Assembly: GCA_964016885.1 (NCBI GenBank)
Contig: OZ024753.1
Coordinates: 25,358,001 to 25,422,000, forward strand
Source of the DNA: Eledone cirrhosa
Taxonomy: Eukaryota
Reading direction: 5' to 3'
DNA length: 64,000 nucleotides
The notes beneath the pieces were generated by a model. That model ran no database searches. It worked only from the letters and a program-made list of their open reading frames with translations, and was not told the origin of the DNA. The position numbers were made by a program, and so were the translations under genes. Of the stretch, positions 62,773-64,000 are shown in pieces (position 1 is the first letter of the stretch; each line of letters opens with the position of its first letter).

Positions 62773-63540
62773 CAAAGACGAATTAGAATACAAACAAAGT
62801 GTCCTTCAAAGCAGTCATGTCAGAATTCAAATTCAAGACTAAATGCTGTAGAGTATTTAATACAGCAGCACTAAATCGATAGTGCATTGCATGTTTCTGT
62901 GATAAATTATATTCGACGTAGAAATAAAATTAATTTTTTAGTCTAAAGGGAGGTAACTGTTAACAAGGGAGAGGGTTATTATTTCCCTTTATTCCAAATA
63001 TCAATATATATATATATATATATTTATTTTCCTTTTTCGTTTTTAATGAAGGTGAATGTTATTTTAAATCCATCGACAGTATAGTGTAAGATAAGAAAAC
63101 ACCTGACTGTGTTTGATTTCTAACTGTAAATTCAGGGTTAAAACCACTCGAGGTTGAATTTGATGTTTACTTTTTTCGGATTGCTTGAAATATTTTTAGG
63201 GAAAAACCACCGGTATTCCCTGTTGTAACTGAAGGACGTCAATTCCTTTTTGCTATTTTACTTCTTTTTGTCCAATTGATTTTGTCAAGAATCTACTGTA
63301 AATAAGTGTTTTATTTCCCCCATGCTAATAAAATAAGCACTTGTAACAAAACTGGAAACCTTTCTAAACAAAATTTGGTTTTCATGTTGAATGATGTTAT
63401 TAAGGATACCAGCCTTTGATTAATGAAAAAAATATTCATTTTCCATATAAGTGCATTATTGGCTTCAAGGGAAATAGATTTCGGAAGTGTAATTGTTGAA
63501 GTCAAAACAATATTCCATAACTGTGATAGTGAGAGATTAG

Positions 63541-64000
63541 CAGTATAGGGAGTAGTACACCTATATAACAGATATTACCTACTTGTGACAGTATAGGTAA
63601 TAGTACACCTATATAACAGATATTAACTACTAGTGACAGTATAGGTAGTAGTACACCCATATAACAGATTACTTACTAGTGACAGTATAGGTGATAGTAC
63701 ACCTATATAACAGCTATTACCTACTAGTGACAGTATAGGTAGTAGTACACCTATATAACAGCTATTACCTACTTGTGACAGTATAGGTAGTAGTACACCT
63801 ATATAGCAGAGATTAACTACTTGTGACAGTATAGGTAGTAGTACACCTATATAACAGATTACCTACTAGTGACAGTATAGGTAGTAGTACACCCTTATAA
63901 CAGAGATTACTTACTAGTGACAGTATAGGTAGTAGTACACCTATATAACAGCTATTACCTACTAGTGACAGTATAGGTAGTGGTACAACTATATAACAGA
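63541..64000. repeat. 48-bp minisatellite (~10 copies, continues past window end)
   Basis: Unit CAGTATAGGTAGTAGTACACCTATATAACAGATATTACCTACTAGTGA, period 48 (63541 to 63589), with some 46-bp variants. Confidence 0.95.

Overview
This is AT-rich, microsatellite-laden animal DNA with no prokaryotic features. The repeat families suggest a coleoid cephalopod such as octopus, but that is an inference. Most of the window is intronic or intergenic transposon debris: a Penelope-like element, RTE, R4/Dong and CR1 LINEs, Helitrons, two tRNA-SINE families and several MITEs. The most striking structure is a ~7.4 kb array of ~108 copies of a 68-bp unit (8172-15568). The unit is the last ~38 nt of a minus-strand coding exon (15531-15657) plus the first ~30 nt of the next intron, so the exon's 5' splice site has been amplified ~100-fold. 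Some copies have mutated to the perfect consensus CAG|GTAAGT, and read-through of the native donor hits TAA at once. The exon peptide aligns without gaps to the N-terminal coiled coil of the synaptonemal-complex protein SIX6OS1/C14orf39 as I recall it, which needs verifying. Other notable items are a type I hammerhead ribozyme in the Penelope 3' region, two long palindromes carrying hammerhead half-cores, a candidate 18-nt microexon, and an intron-containing Helitron gene remnant with 23-aa STPR-like repeats. Many transposon boundaries are approximate.
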